DNA of 63,034 nt, filler included, from Octopus bimaculoides (GCF_001194135.2; 4 parts of 3 records of this genome joined end to end with filler, not necessarily neighbours in it), one strand, 5' to 3'. Numbered from the whole stretch's first letter, positions 11,846 through 24,535 are shown. Notes: generated by a model from the letters alone, not told the origin. Translations and numbers: made by a program.

Positions 11846-12913
11846 TTATATATATGTGTGTATGTATATATANNNNNNNNNNNNNNNNNNNNNNNNNNNN
11901 NNNNNNNNNNNNNNNNNNNNNNNNNNNNNNNNNNNNNNNNNNNNNNNNNNNNNNNNNNNNNNNNNNNNNNNNNNNNNNNNNNNNNNNNNNNNNNNNNNNN
12001 NNNNNNNNNNNNNNNNNNNNNNNNNNNNNNNNNNNNNNNNNNNNNNNNNNNNNNNNNNNNNNNNNNNNNNNNNNNNNNNNNNNNNNNNNNNNNNNNNNNN
12101 NNNNNNNNNNNNNNNNNNNNNNNNNNNNNNNNNNNNNNNNNNNNNNNNNNNNNNNNNNNNNNNNNNNNNNNNNNNNNNNNNNNNNNNNNNNNNNNNNNNN
12201 NNNNNNNNNNNNNNNNNNNNNNNNNNNNNNNNNNNNNNNNNNNNNNNNNNNNNNNNNNNNNNNNNNNNNNNNNNNNNNNNNNNNNNNNNNNNNNNNNNNN
12301 NNNNNNNNNNNNNNNNNNNNNNNNNNNNNNNNNNNNNNNNNNNNNNNNNNNNNNNNNNNNNNNNNNNNNNTATATATATATATATGCAGGTATAAGTTCG
12401 TGTGTGTTTGTGTGTGAGATACATGTATGTACGTCTCTCTCTATATATATATATAGAGAGAGAGACACACACACACAGAGACACACACACACACAGACAC
12501 ACACACACACAGACACACACACACACAGACACACACACACACAGACACACACACACACACATATATTTAAGTGGTCGGGGATGGCATAGATGAGAGTGTT
12601 TATTCTGATAGAGTCGCTTACCATTTACTGTTGATAGGCATGTGTATGGTACAGAACATTTGAGATGTGGAGTGAAAAGAAAGAGATGGATTAAAGAGCA
12701 CGAAAGGATGAGGGGGAATGGTAGAAATAAATTCTTATTAACTGCTGGAATAGGGAGAGTGCATAGAACATTTCCAGTAAATTCTTATAAGATCATTTTA
12801 AATAAACACAGAAAAATTAATTAAGGTGAAAATGAAATAATCGCTATAAAAATAAAGCGTAGTGGAAAAAATTCGTTTTTTATACATGCATACATACATA
12901 CATACATACATAC

Positions 12914-13351
12914 ATCGGTGAAAAAGAGATTACCTACTCTGAACTATTGAGAAATTCCCAGTTACTCCATTCAGATTACAAGTTCGGGTTTATACCTGTA
13001 ATTATTTGGACCCTGGGATATGTAACACATTGTCTAAATACCAATCTTGAGAAATTAGGCTTCTTAGAACCAGAAAGGAAAGGGCTAAGTCGAAGACCAC
13101 AGATCCAATCCATCACTGGAACTATAAAGATCTGTGAAACTTTCCCGAAGTTTATCATTTAAATATATATGAGCATGTCTAGATATGCAACTATATGCAC
13201 GGCACACAGTATGCAACCATAATATTTGCATAATGATTTGTCGTGAATTCTACGATGTCTTTACCTAACTTGCGTTAGAGCGAGAAAAATAGCTTTGTGT
13301 GAAAAATAACGACTGAGTGACAAAAGACAGAGAAATGCCGAAAATGTCTAA
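12914..13351 (+). mobile_element. 5'-truncated RLE-type non-LTR retrotransposon (R2/R4/NeSL/CRE superclade): C-terminal ORF remnant plus 3' UTR
   Basis: Frame from 12917 gives KEITYSELLRNSQLLHSDYKFGFIPVIIWTLGYV..LEKLGF..QIQSITGTIKICETF. This resembles the C-terminal restriction-like endonuclease tail (K..KY..L ... IP(I/V)(I/V)IG(A/T)LG ... LQ....GT..I) of these clades. Starts directly after (TACA)n. Confidence 0.7.
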
Positions 13352-13515
13352 TCATATATATTGCGAAGGCATCCGGAAGAATGGTTTAAGCTAAACGCAG
13401 ACGACAACTCTACGTCTGTTTGAACGCACTGATTGGTCGTTTCCCTTACCGACTTTTCTTGATATACGTCAACAAAATAGATACACAAGTATATGTGTGA
13501 TTATATGAATGAATA

Positions 13516-13606
<91 letters not shown>

Positions 13607-13822
13607 GAGAGAGTGTTTGTATTATAGATTAAGTGCTTTGCGAACGTAACAACCCCTCAAAATACAGGTATCGAAACACATGTTCATTTGTAAGGTATGT
13701 GATATTTAAATGAATGATAAAATAAATAAATAAATAAATAAATAAATATAGTCTCTCCAAGCAAAGTAGCTAGTTAGAAACTCTTTATAAGAGATGAAAG
13801 TAGCAACAATTACTGAGAACTA

Positions 13823-14022
13823 ATGTTTATCACCACTTCAACATGGCTGTTCCATAGCAATCGACGTTACTAGCGTTTTTAACGTCAAGAGAGGAGCCTC
13901 TTCCAGCTGGTTATCGGGTGCAGATTGCATCGATAACCAGCTGGAGGAGGTTCCTCCTGGGGTTAAAAACCGGAGTAACATCAGTTCCTATGGAACAGTC
14001 ATATTGAAGTGGCGATAAACAT
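13823..14022. repeat. 200-bp imperfect palindrome (foldback/MITE-like)
   Basis: Arm 13823-13916 is the reverse complement of 13931-14022 at about 80-85% identity (hand alignment). Confidence 0.9.
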
Positions 14023-14097
14023 ATATTCTCTACATTATCATTATATGTGTGTGTGTGCATATGTATAAATGTGCATATACATACATACATAGTTTAG

Positions 14098-14290
14098 AAT
14101 GTTGGCAGCTGATGAAGGAAATGTTCTCTATGTGGCCTGTTTGTTTTCCGTGCTTTGTTTATGTTCTGTTTTTCATTTTGTCCACGTTTTTTTGTGACGA
14201 CCTGTACCCAGATATGCATCTATATATACATGTAGATGTAGGCATGTGCAAACATGTACGTATATATGCATATACTCATATATTGTTTGT
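14098..14290 (+). mobile_element. Unclassified interspersed repeat, possibly Penelope-associated; second copy at 22330-22510
   Basis: GCAGCTGATGAAGG..TATGTGGCCTG..TGTACCCAG..ATATGCATATACTCATATATTGTTT is shared with the 22157-22510 copy. Confidence 0.65.
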
Positions 14291-14311
14291 ATTATATATA
14301 TATATATATAT

Positions 14312-14354
<43 letters not shown>

Positions 14355-15125
14355 TTAGCTATATTTTCTTCCGTCAGTAAATCACACATTATGCTATCTC
14401 TTACAAGAACCAAACGAGATTTGAAACCGGTCATGTAAATCTTTTGCGTGTACAAAAAAGAAAGAAATAGATACTTTATAATCTTAACAATATTCTGACG
14501 ATTTCGTATTACTGCGGAATATGTAGTTTATTCGCACCACACAAGATTTAGCGAACAATAAACACCGTTTTATACGAGGCCCCTCTTGGTAACAATGATC
14601 ACAAACCGGCTTATAACTTCCAGATTTATTTTCATCCAAAGCTAGAAATATATTTTTATATTCGTACCGGCAGCTCATTTTTCAGCCCACCCAGGGTGTA
14701 TATAGGAATATTTATTTTTCTTCATCATTTCTCAAACATCTATTTTAAGTGAAGCTTCTTCTGCCAATGTCTTGGTTTTTGTCTTTTACGACATAGCCAA
14801 AGAAGTAGATACGATACACATTCCTTAGTCAGTTCTCCCCGAATGGTGAAATTCAGGCGGTGAAATTAATGCGGTGAGACTAATGTTTAGCTTGTGTATA
14901 CACAAATTTGTGGGTCAGTGTTGTGCAAGAAAATTGTTGGAGACGTGGTAAATTGATTGGTGCTGAAGATCTACGATATGAAACATGGTGAGAGGGTTAA
15001 ACCATTTGCTCTCTATGGAACATGGGTCGTCGGCACTTTTCCCTGCTGTTCTCGACTCTAAGGTGACTTTTCTGCTTCTCTCCAATTGGAATTTTGTTTT
15101 TCCACTCTGCTTCTAGCTATTTTTA

Positions 15126-15250
15126 GGCTTCTTTCAGTTTCCGTCTACTTGCCCGAGGCTATAGTAGAAGACACTTGCCCAAGGTGCCACGCAGTGAGAC
15201 TGAACCCGGAACCATCGGTTGGAAAGCAAGCTTCTTACCACACAACCACT
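15126..15250 (-). mobile_element. SINE family A, partial
   Basis: GAGGCTATAGTAGAAGACACTTGCCCAAGGTGCCACGCAGTG matches family A. Confidence 0.8.
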
Positions 15251-15553
15251 CTTGTGAACCAGCGATTGTTTAAGCTGGAGATTGGATCATTGTCATGGGA
15301 ATGAGTTGCTTTGTTTTGGATACAGTCTAGCAAAAGATGAAGCGTAAATGGAATGGTATTAATGATAAAACGTAGTTTGTATGGTATAATTGAGTAGCAT
15401 AATATAAAAAGTTTGAGTGACATTATGAATGGCGTATACAACAAAGTATGAACGATTGCTATAACGAATAGCAGTCCTTGTTTTACATATAGCATAAGAT
15501 AAGCTAAATACATAACGAAGTTTGATTGGTTCAATTTTAAACAGAGTCTAGGA

Positions 15554-15870
15554 CATAGGTTCTCAAAGTGGGCGCTACTGCCCCCCGGTGGGCATTCAGA
15601 GGGTCCAAGTGGGTGCTGGTGTCTAAGGGGGAAGTAGAGAAAAAGGAGGCATTGGGAGGAAGGCATTGGATTGGGGGACGCTATGAATTTATATTATTAT
15701 AGTATTGCATACAAATTATATAATATTATAATAAATATCAAATGACTCATAGTATATATAAATTAATAAAATATACAATATTTATTTACACATAAAAATA
15801 GGGGGTAGGAGCGCTGAGGGTATTATGTGGCCATGAGGGGGCGGTGGCCCAAAATGCTTGAGAACCTCTG
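15554..15870. mobile_element. hAT (Charlie-type) MITE, 317 bp
   Basis: TIRs CATAGGTTCTCAA / TTGAGAACCTCTG. 8-bp TSD GTCTAGGA (15546-15553) vs GTCCAGGA (15871-15878), close to the NTCTAGAN target preference of Charlie elements. Confidence 0.88.
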
Positions 15871-15892
15871 GTCCAGGATAAGCTGTGAAGGT

Positions 15893-16085
15893 ACGTTGCT
15901 TCGTGGTTTAAATCGTTGGTTGCACTCACGACCACAAAATCGGGGTTTCGATTCCTTAACCGACCAGTGTTGTGACCTTGTGTAAAACATTTCATTCCAC
16001 GTTGCTCCAGTCCATTCGGCTGTAAATGAGTACCACTGAGTAACAAATGGGTAACACTATTCAGGGAGGATGTTGTGATCTGGGT
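15893..16085 (+). mobile_element. SINE family D-like, diverged
   Basis: A-box-like TCGTGGTT, B box GGTTTCGATTCC, then CATTTCATTCCACGTTGCTCCAGTCCATTCGGCTGTAAATGAGTACC. Confidence 0.55.
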
Positions 16086-17615
16086 CACTTATAGGCCCTG
16101 GAAATGGAGCTCTTCGTCCAATAAGCCCCGGGACTCGGGTAATAATGTCCAAGACAAATTATTATTTATCCTTGGCTGCTATAGATAAAACGTGCTGCGA
16201 AGGGCCTTATCTCGGCTATAGGCTAAGGTAAGCAATAAATTATCCAAGGCACTCTTAGTCTTATTTGAGACATCGTCTTGGCAAAATTATTGTTATAACG
16301 AAGTTTTAATTATTTTGGAGACAATCTAGGATGAGCTGGCTAAATATTCTGGGGTTTTTCTTTTTTCTATATTTGTTTTCAAAATGTGCTTTAACTTGTT
16401 TTGCCCCCTTTTTTACTTTGTAATGTTTTTTTTTTAATTTTTATTTTGGCAACAGTTGCCGAACCTGCATGCATATTCCCTTTTGGAAATATTTCGGAAC
16501 AAAGCTAGAAATGTATTCAAATACACACACACATACACACACACACACGACTGTTAGACCATGTTGTCGGCACTNNNNNNNNNNNNNNNNNNNNNNNNNN
16601 NNNNNNNNNNNNNNNNNNNNNNNNNNNNNNNNNNNNNNNNNNNNNNNNNNNNNNNNNNNNNNNNNNNNNNNNNNNNNNNNNNNNNNNNNNNNNNNNNNNN
16701 NNNNNNNNNNNNNNNNNNNNNNNNNNNNNNNNNNNNNNNNNNNNNNNNNNNNNNNNNNNNNNNNNNNNNNNNNNNNNNNNNNNNNNNNNNNNNNNNNNNN
16801 NNNNNNNNNNNNNNNNNNNNNNNNNNNNNNNNNNNNNNNNNNNNNNNNNNNNNNNNNNNNNNNNNNNNNNNNNNNNNNNNNNNNNNNNNNNNNNNNNNNN
16901 NNNNNNNNNNNNNNNNNNNNNNNNNNNNNNNNNNNNNNNNNNNNNNNNNNNNNNNNNNNNNNNNNNNNNNNNNNNNNNNNNNNNNNNNNNNNNNNNNNNN
17001 NNNNNNNNNNNNNNNNNNNNNNNNNNNNNNNNNNNNNNNNNNNNNNNNNNNNNNNNNNNNNNNNNNNNNNNNNNNNNNNNNNNNNNNNNNNNNNNNNNNN
17101 NNNNNNNNNNNNNNNNNNNNNNNNNNNNNNNNNNNNNNNNNNNNNNNNNNNNNNNNNNNNNNNNNNNNNNNNNNNNNNNNNNNNNNNNNNNNNNNNNNNN
17201 NNNNNNNNNNNNNNNNNNNNNNNNNNNNNNNNNNNNNNNNNNNNNNNNNNNNNNNNNNNNNNNNNNNNNNNNNNNNNNNNNNNNNNNNNNNNNNNNNNNN
17301 NNNNNNNNNNNNNNNNNNNNNNNNNNNNNNNNNNNNNNNNNNNNNNNNNNNNNNNNNNNNNNNNNNNNNNNNNNNNNNNNNNNNNNNNNNNNNNNNNNNN
17401 NNNNNNNNNNNNNNNNNNNNNNNNNNNNNNNNNNNNNNNNNNNNNNNNNNNNNNNNNNNNNNNNNNNNNNNNNNNNNNNNNNNNNNNNNNNNNNNNNNNN
17501 NNNNNNNNNNNNACACACATTCATATACACTCACACATGCACACATGTACACACATATGCGCACATATCTATAGCAGCAAACATGCTCATACGCATACAG
17601 TGATTAGACCAATAA

Positions 17616-17663
<48 letters not shown>

Positions 17664-18273
17664 GTAGGTAGGTAGGTAGATTGGTAGGTATGTAGGTAGG
17701 TAGATAGGTAGGTAGGTAGATTGGTAGATAGATAGATAGAGAGGTGTATGAGTGCATATGCCAGATGTATACAAACATATATATATATATATCCGTGCGT
17801 GTGTGCGCAATCGTATGTGTGTATGTGTGTGTCTGTGTGTATGTAAAGGATATGAATTTGCCTAAATATGCATGGGCAATGTGTGATCCCAAGGTGAGGT
17901 TTGTTATATGGTTAAATGTGTGAAGAAGTTGTTTATGCCTTAACAGACTGCAAACAAGCTGTCATCACCATCAACCCCTCCTCCTCCCCTCCTACTCTTC
18001 CTCCACTTACCTTTCTGATTCTCTTGCCTCTCATCCTCTCTCTCTCTGTGTCTCTCTTTGTGTCAGTCGGTCTCTCTGTGTCTCTCTCCCCCCCTTTCCC
18101 TCTCTCTCAGTCTTTCTGTCTCTCTCTTAATCAATCGTCGCTTGTGAAAATCTGAATTCCTGGTAGTTTATTGTTTTATTTGCCGTGAATCCCCATTTTC
18201 AATGCAGTACGTATAATATGCATGTTACACAAGCGGTTAGAAGATATGCGCAGATATAATACATAAAAGCACA

Positions 18274-18710
18274 GGGGCGGCGAGCTGGCAGAAACGGTAG
18301 CACGCCGGGCGAAATGCTTAGCGGTATTTCGTCTGCCGTTATGTTCTGAGTTCAAAATCCACCGAGGTCGACATTGCTTTTCATCGTTTCGGGATCGATA
18401 AATTAAGTACCAGTTATGCACTGGGGTCGATCTAATCGACTTAATCCCTCTCTGTGTCCTTGTTTGTCCCCTCTGTGCGTAGCCCCTTGTGGGCAATAAA
18501 GAAATAAAGAACGTTAGCACGACGGGCAAAATGTTTAACGGTATTTCGTCTGTCGTAATACGTCCTGAGTTCAAATTCCGCCGCGGGCGACTTTGCCTTT
18601 CATCCTTTCGGGGTTCGATAAATTAAGTACCTGTTGCGTACTGGATCGATCTAATCAATTGGCCCCCTCCCCCAAAATTTTGGACCTTGTGCTTAGAGTA
18701 GAAAAGAATA
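18274..18710 (+). mobile_element. Two tandem family B SINEs with different 3' tails (18274-18510; 18511-18710)
   Basis: Both share the head and central domain. Tails diverge after GATCTAATC(G/A)A. Confidence 0.88.
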
Positions 18711-19193
18711 CACAAACGCGCCATATATATGACTGTGTGGTAAGTAGCTTGCTTACCAACCACATGGCGTTTGAATGGAAATTCCCATAACGATGTTATT
18801 TTTCCTGCAGCTTTTGCATTTTTTTACATGTAAAATTTCAACAAAATCGATAGAATAGTCTTCAAGGAAATATTTATTCAATACAAATCAGAGGTGGGCT
18901 TAACTTCAACACGGAAAACACGAGCAACGCCGGGTCCAACAGCTAATATATATATATATATATATGGTTGAAATTTATAGAAAAACAAAAGACGAAGACA
19001 GGCGAAGGACAACAAGCAGGTGTATTAGTTTAACGCTTGGGAAGAAGGGATACACACACACACACACACACACACGTGTGTGCGTGTTTGTAGGTATATA
19101 TATACGTATCTGTATTCATATTTCTATATATGTATATGTATATAAACACTGCTGAAGTGATAACATAGCAACACACACACACACACACACACG

Positions 19194-19335
19194 GTGGGCC
19201 TGCTCTCAGTTTCTGTCTACTAAATTCACTCCTAAAACACTAGTCGGGTCGGAGCAATAGCAGAAGACAATTGCCAAAGTTTCCGCACAGTGGGACCGAA
19301 CCCCAAACCAAGCTTTTCAATCACACAGCCGCGCT
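19194..19335 (-). mobile_element. SINE family A, diverged
   Basis: CTCAGTTTCTGTCTACTAAATTCACTC..CGCACAGTGGGACCGAACCC matches family A. Confidence 0.65.
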
Positions 19336-19817
19336 GGCAAATATTCAAAATAATAAAAAAAAGAAAACGTTTATAAATAAAATACAAGCTTTATTTCCAC
19401 ATTTAATACATTTTTATCGACAAATTTTCAGATTTTACTCCCTATGATTGTTTCAAATCTATATAAACTTGTAACGGTGCTGAAATCCAGCTTGTCGGAA
19501 TGAGTCAATAACTCCGATACCGGTCCTGCACACAGCATATAAGGAACACAAACACCATTCAACAAAATAGTACAACACACATTACTCATACACCATACAA
19601 CAGACAAAACATTTAAACAATAGGAGAAACAACAAACCAAGCCTGACAACAATACAACACTGATTTAGTATACAAATACGATTCTGTTTATGTATACATA
19701 GAATTGCGCAGAAGTTATAGGAGCGCTACACAGGAAACTCTTGGCTCTTTGAGTTAATTATGCTGCTTTAAGATTAAACAAATAAATGAATAAATGTGTC
19801 GGTGTGGTAGTGGTGGT

Positions 19818-20196
19818 GGAGGCGCAATGGCCCAGTGGTTAGGGCAGCGGACTCGCGGTCATAGGATCGCGGTTTCGATTCCCAGACCGGGCGTTGTGAG
19901 TTTTTATTGAGCGAAAACACCTAAAGCTACACGAGGCTCCGACAGGGGATGGTGGCGAACCCTGCTGTACTCTTTCACCACAACTTTCTCTCACTCTTAC
20001 TTCCTGTTTCTGTTGTGCCTGTAATTCAAAGGGTCGGCCATGTCACACTGTGTCACGCTGAATATCCCCGAGAACTACGTTAGGTGTACAAGTGTCTGTG
20101 GAGTGCTCAGCCACTTGCACGAAAATTTCACGAGCAGGCTGTTCTGTTGATCGGATCAACTGGAACCCTCGACGTCGTAAGCGACGGAGTGTCAAC
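19818..20196 (+). mobile_element. SINE family C, full length, tail variant 2
   Basis: Intact A/B boxes, ends in an (AAC)n tail, aligns with the 5386-5736 copy. Confidence 0.9.
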
Positions 20197-20199
20197 AAC

Positions 20200-20545
20200 A
20201 ACAGGTAGTGGTGGTGGCGTGTACACGGATATACGCTTGTGCGTACATCCGTGTACACCCCACGTTTGATGCAGGACTCTCCTGCATTAAACGATAGATG
20301 AGGGTTCAGCAACGGGTTTTGTCGAACGATCTGCAAGGGTGATTTGTTTGGAGTGACCAAACGATGGTGCTGCTGTCTATCGGACTCACTCCCTCCGTTA
20401 AATCGATATTGCCGGCAAAGATGCACCGTGTGCCACATGTCAGATGTCCAAGCGATCGCAGAGCAACTTTGAGATGAGGTGATTTGCTCAAGAACACTAA
20501 TGTAGCACCTGGTCCGGGAATCGAAACAACGATCTTGTGATCACA
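20200..20545 (-). mobile_element. SINE-like element (family D-related head) ending in two hairpins
   Basis: Minus strand GTTTCGATTCCCGGACC (B box) and GTGTTCTTGAGCAAA. Hairpins at 20219-20258 and 20263-20293. Confidence 0.55.
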
Positions 20546-20678
20546 TCTGTACTTATGCGCATACATGCATACGCACGCGCACACGCACACATATACACAC
20601 ACATATACTGTACATAATAATTAAGCATATAATTATTATTTACATCGTTTCTTAATTTAACATCGAATACACACATAC

Positions 20679-20725
<47 letters not shown>

Positions 20726-21374
20726 TATACATACATGCACACACTTATATGAACTTACGTACATATATACACACACACGCACTCACAGAGACACACACAC
20801 ACACACACATGCACACAGAGACACACACAGACATATATACACACACACATATATATATATACATGCATACACACGCATGCACACGCATATATAACCTTAC
20901 GTACATACACGCATACACACGCACGCACAAAGACAGACATACACACACACACACGCAAATTTAGAAATTGTATGAAAAAAGAGGAACTATGAAAAAGGAA
21001 AGAGAAGTAAAGAGAAATTGAAAAAAAACATTGATAGGGAGGTTGATAGAGAGGATGCGAAAGTCACAGAAGGTGAGTAGGGGGCAGAGGAATGGGATGG
21101 CCAAGGAAAAAGAAAAAAAAGAGAAGAAAAGAGGTACCCGACTGAAATTGTAAAATGTGTAAGCTTCACAGTGGACGTGCAACACTGAGCATAGCTAATC
21201 AAGATGGCCGGGTTGGCAACTAGTGTATCAACCGACTAACAACGGACGTTGGGGGGTTTTTTTTTTGTTGTTTTGTTTTGTTTTGTTTTGTTTTGTTTTG
21301 TTTTGTTTGTTTTTGTTTTTTTCCTAACTGCGACATTTGCCTGGTCCAAGGCCGGACTAGCGTTGTTGTTTGTT

Positions 21375-21413
<39 letters not shown>

Positions 21414-21918
21414 ATAATAATAATAATAATAATAAAAAAGATGCAGCCACTTAGCGTGTTCATACAGCATCTCTGTTGCATAAAATGGGCAGAGAATGCG
21501 CACTGCTGCTTTACAGCATTTGGGTACATGTACATATGTATCGATCTATCGATCGCGAAAATAGGTAGATAGATAGGAGAGAGAGAGAGAGGAGAGGAGG
21601 GAAGAGGAGAGAAGATGAAGGAGAGAGGTCAGAGAGACAGACAGATATATTGATTTAGCACTAGGTAGGTTGTTACGTAGATAGGTAGAAGGCAGGTTCT
21701 GGCTAGCTAACCAGGTAGATGAATAAATTTACACATATATATATACATATGCACATAAGCATATTCACATATGCATATGCATACACACACACGCGCATAT
21801 ATATATCATATATATATATATATATGCACACACACATATACATGTGTGTGTAGATTTATATGTGCACACACACACTTATGTGCGCGCGCACATACACACA
21901 CACAAGCACAGACATACA

Positions 21919-22074
21919 TAGGTGTGGCTGTTTGGTAAGGTGTTTGCTTCCCAGCCACATGGTTCGGGTTCGGTCCCACTGCATGGCACCTTCTGCACCT
22001 ACTGCCAGAACCTCGGGCTGAACAAAGCCTTGTAAGAGGATCTAGTTTACGGAAACTGAAAGGAGCCTATCGTA
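21919..22074 (+). mobile_element. SINE family A, 5' half
   Basis: AGGTGTGGCTGTTTGGTAAGG..CCACATGGTTCGGGTTCGGTCCCACTGC. Confidence 0.75.
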
Positions 22075-22505
22075 CACCACCTGTCTTCGTCTTTTGTTTT
22101 TTTCGTGAATCCTCTCTCTATATAAACATACATATATATATATAGCGTTCGTGACATACACACTTCACGTCTGGTTGTACAGCCTTTTTGTTTGTTTATT
22201 TCACCGTTTCGTTTTCCTGTCTTGTTTTCCGTCCGACACTACCCTCCACGAAAACAATTTAATTTGTGTTCGTGGGAAGAACCATTTTAACGATGCGTAC
22301 TGCCTTTATTCTTCGAAACGCCGGAGTTTTAATGGTAGCAGCTGATGAAGGGATGTTTCTATGTGGCCTGCTTGTTTGTTGCACCTTGTTTACCATTTTT
22401 GTCCTTGTTCTTTTGCCACGTCATGTACCCAGTTATGTATCTATATGTACATGTGGATGAACGTATATACATACATGTACATATATATGCATATACTCAT
22501 ATATT

Positions 22506-22564
<59 letters not shown>

Positions 22565-22566
22565 AG

Positions 22567-22760
22567 CAGGGGCGTATATTCCGGGTGTGGGAAAATGGTA
22601 AATCCATTATAAATATTAACTTTATTCATTAATTTAATGACAAATCTTGTTGGAAGGTGGATTGATGATGCATGTAGGAAATAGATGGGCTAGTTTTATC
22701 TATTTATATGGTGGAATACCTGTCGGGTATCTATAACTCTGAGTGTATATCTACGGGAGT
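22567..22760 (+). mobile_element. Possible hAT terminal fragment
   Basis: Begins CAGGGGCGTATATTCC, differing only by transitions from the terminus CAGGAGCGTACACTCC of the hAT element ending at 33530. Right boundary uncertain. Confidence 0.4.
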
Positions 22761-23238
22761 GCACCTTATCTATGCGTGCGTATGTATGTATAAATATGCA
22801 TTTATGTGTGTGCATGAACGCGCGTGCAGTACATATCTACACTCACATATGCGTGTATGTTTGTGTTTGGATATGTATATACATACACTTACAATATACA
22901 AACACAGAAACGTATAAACATAAACACATATATCGTATACACTCATCCGTGTATATATGTGTGTGTACGTATATATATATATATATATACACGTAAAAAC
23001 ATGCACATACATGTATATATGTTTATATGTATACATGTCTCTGTTTGTCTCTCTATCTATACGGACTTACATACATACACGCACACAAACATACGTATAT
23101 ACATGCACATATGAATATAAATATCAATATATATATACACATACAGAAATCAGCAAGACCACAGTGGTGCTCTAGCATGGCCGCAGCTACAATGCTGAAG
23201 CGAATAAAAGAATATATATAAATATATATATATATATA

Positions 23239-23338
23239 NNNNNNNNNNNNNNNNNNNNNNNNNNNNNNNNNNNNNNNNNNNNTTAATTAATTAANNNNNN
23301 NNNNNNNNNNNNNNNNNNNNNNNNNNNNNNNNNNNNNN
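23239..23338. other. Artificial scaffold-joining spacer N44-TTAATTAATTAA-N44
   Basis: Exactly 100 nt and identical at 40184 and 59606. TTAATTAATTAA puts stops in all six frames. A SINE starts mid-element right after it. Confidence 0.93.
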
Positions 23339-23638
23339 GACCAAAGACTTGTGAGTGGATTTGGTAGACGGAAACTGAAAGAAGCCCGTCATATATATGT
23401 ATATGTATACATATGAGTGTATGTGTTTGTGTGTCTGTGTTTGTCACCCTAACATCGCTTGACAACCGATGATGGTGTGTTTACATCCCCGTAATCTAGC
23501 GGTTCGGCAAAAGAGACCGATAGAATAAGTACTAGGCTTTACAAAGAATAAGTCCTGGGGTCGATTTGCTCGACTAAAGGTGGTGCTCCAGCATGGCCGC
23601 AGTCAAATGACTGAAAGAAGTAAAAGAGTAAAAGAGAG
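23339..23638 (+). mobile_element. SINE family A, cut at the scaffold start
   Basis: Begins mid-body (GACCAAAGACTTGTGAGTGG) and carries a complete tail. Confidence 0.88.
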
Positions 23639-24216
23639 AGTATGATAAGGAACAATAACCATTAATTGGCATCGAAAGTTATACATTTTTTTCCCATATC
23701 GAAGTCATGAGAAAATTCAATAAGCTGATAGTTCCTTTATAGCTCATGGTGAGCAACTAGAGTTTCCATAAATGTGAATAAAAATTCAAATTGTGTGGGA
23801 GTGGAATGGGTAAATTGCAGGTCACATACGTTTCTTAGCTAGCTGATCCTCTGATATAATATTTATTCAATAAGTGGGGTCTCAACTTAGCTAATCATCA
23901 GGCAGAGTACCAGTTGTGTACTGAGGTTGATCTAATCGATATATCCCTCTGTTTTATATTTAAGAGATGAGGAATTATGTACATTATTTACATTCGACGG
24001 ATATTTGTCCTCTTCTTGTTTGTTCTTAACACGTTTTGGCTGATATACCCTCCAGTCTTTTTCAGGTGTCTTGGGGAAATTTCGAACCTGGGTTCTCATT
24101 CCTAAGGTATTCTTCGATGTTATTATTATTATTAGTGTTATTGTTATTGTTATTGTTCAGGTCACTGCTTGGAATCAACTTACCCCTTCCCCCAAAATTG
24201 CTGGCCTTGTGCCTGC

Positions 24217-24535
24217 ATGTAAAAAGCACCATTCAAGCATGATCGTTATCAGTTCCGCTTGACTGGCTCCTGTGCCAGTGGCACGTAAAAAGCACCATTC
24301 AAGCGTGGTCGATGCGAGTACCGCCTGACTGGCCCTCATACTGGTGGCACGTAAAAAGCACCCGCTACACTCTTGGAGTGGTTGGCGTTAGGAAAGATAT
24401 CCAGCTGTAGAAACTTTGCTCGATTGGATTGGAGCCTAGTGCAGCCTCCTGGCTTGCCAGCCCTCAGTCAAACAAACCGTCCAACCCATGCCAGCATGGA
24501 AAGTGGACTTTAAACAGCGATGAGGATAATGATGT
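24217..24535 (+). mobile_element. RTE LINE 3' UTR fragment with (GAT)n tail
   Basis: Matches 62880-63034 (AAAAGCACCATTCAAGC..CTGACTGGC..CTACAC..GTGGTTG..TTAGGAA..CATCCAGCTG). Confidence 0.85.

Noticed and set aside
14484-14678. 64-aa minus ORF with CDHC motif (possible zinc finger or transposase piece)
   Set aside because: Stops lie immediately upstream in all frames, there are no convincing splice sites, and no family is recognised.
16185-16227. Short exon-like unit (KTCCEGPYLGYRL) before a GTAAGC donor
   Set aside because: Too short, moderate acceptor and no partner exon. Expected by chance.
18811-18893. Strong acceptor (TTTTTCCTGCAG) with GTGGGC donor
   Set aside because: All three frames contain stops. 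It cannot be distinguished from a chance pair without RNA data.
21200-21240. CAAGATGGCCG YY1/start-like motif
   Set aside because: The ORF is 11 codons with no good donor. A single short motif is insufficient.
23283-23294. Recurring TTAATTAATTAA as a biological motif
   Set aside because: It is an artificial all-frame-stop linker centred in N runs.
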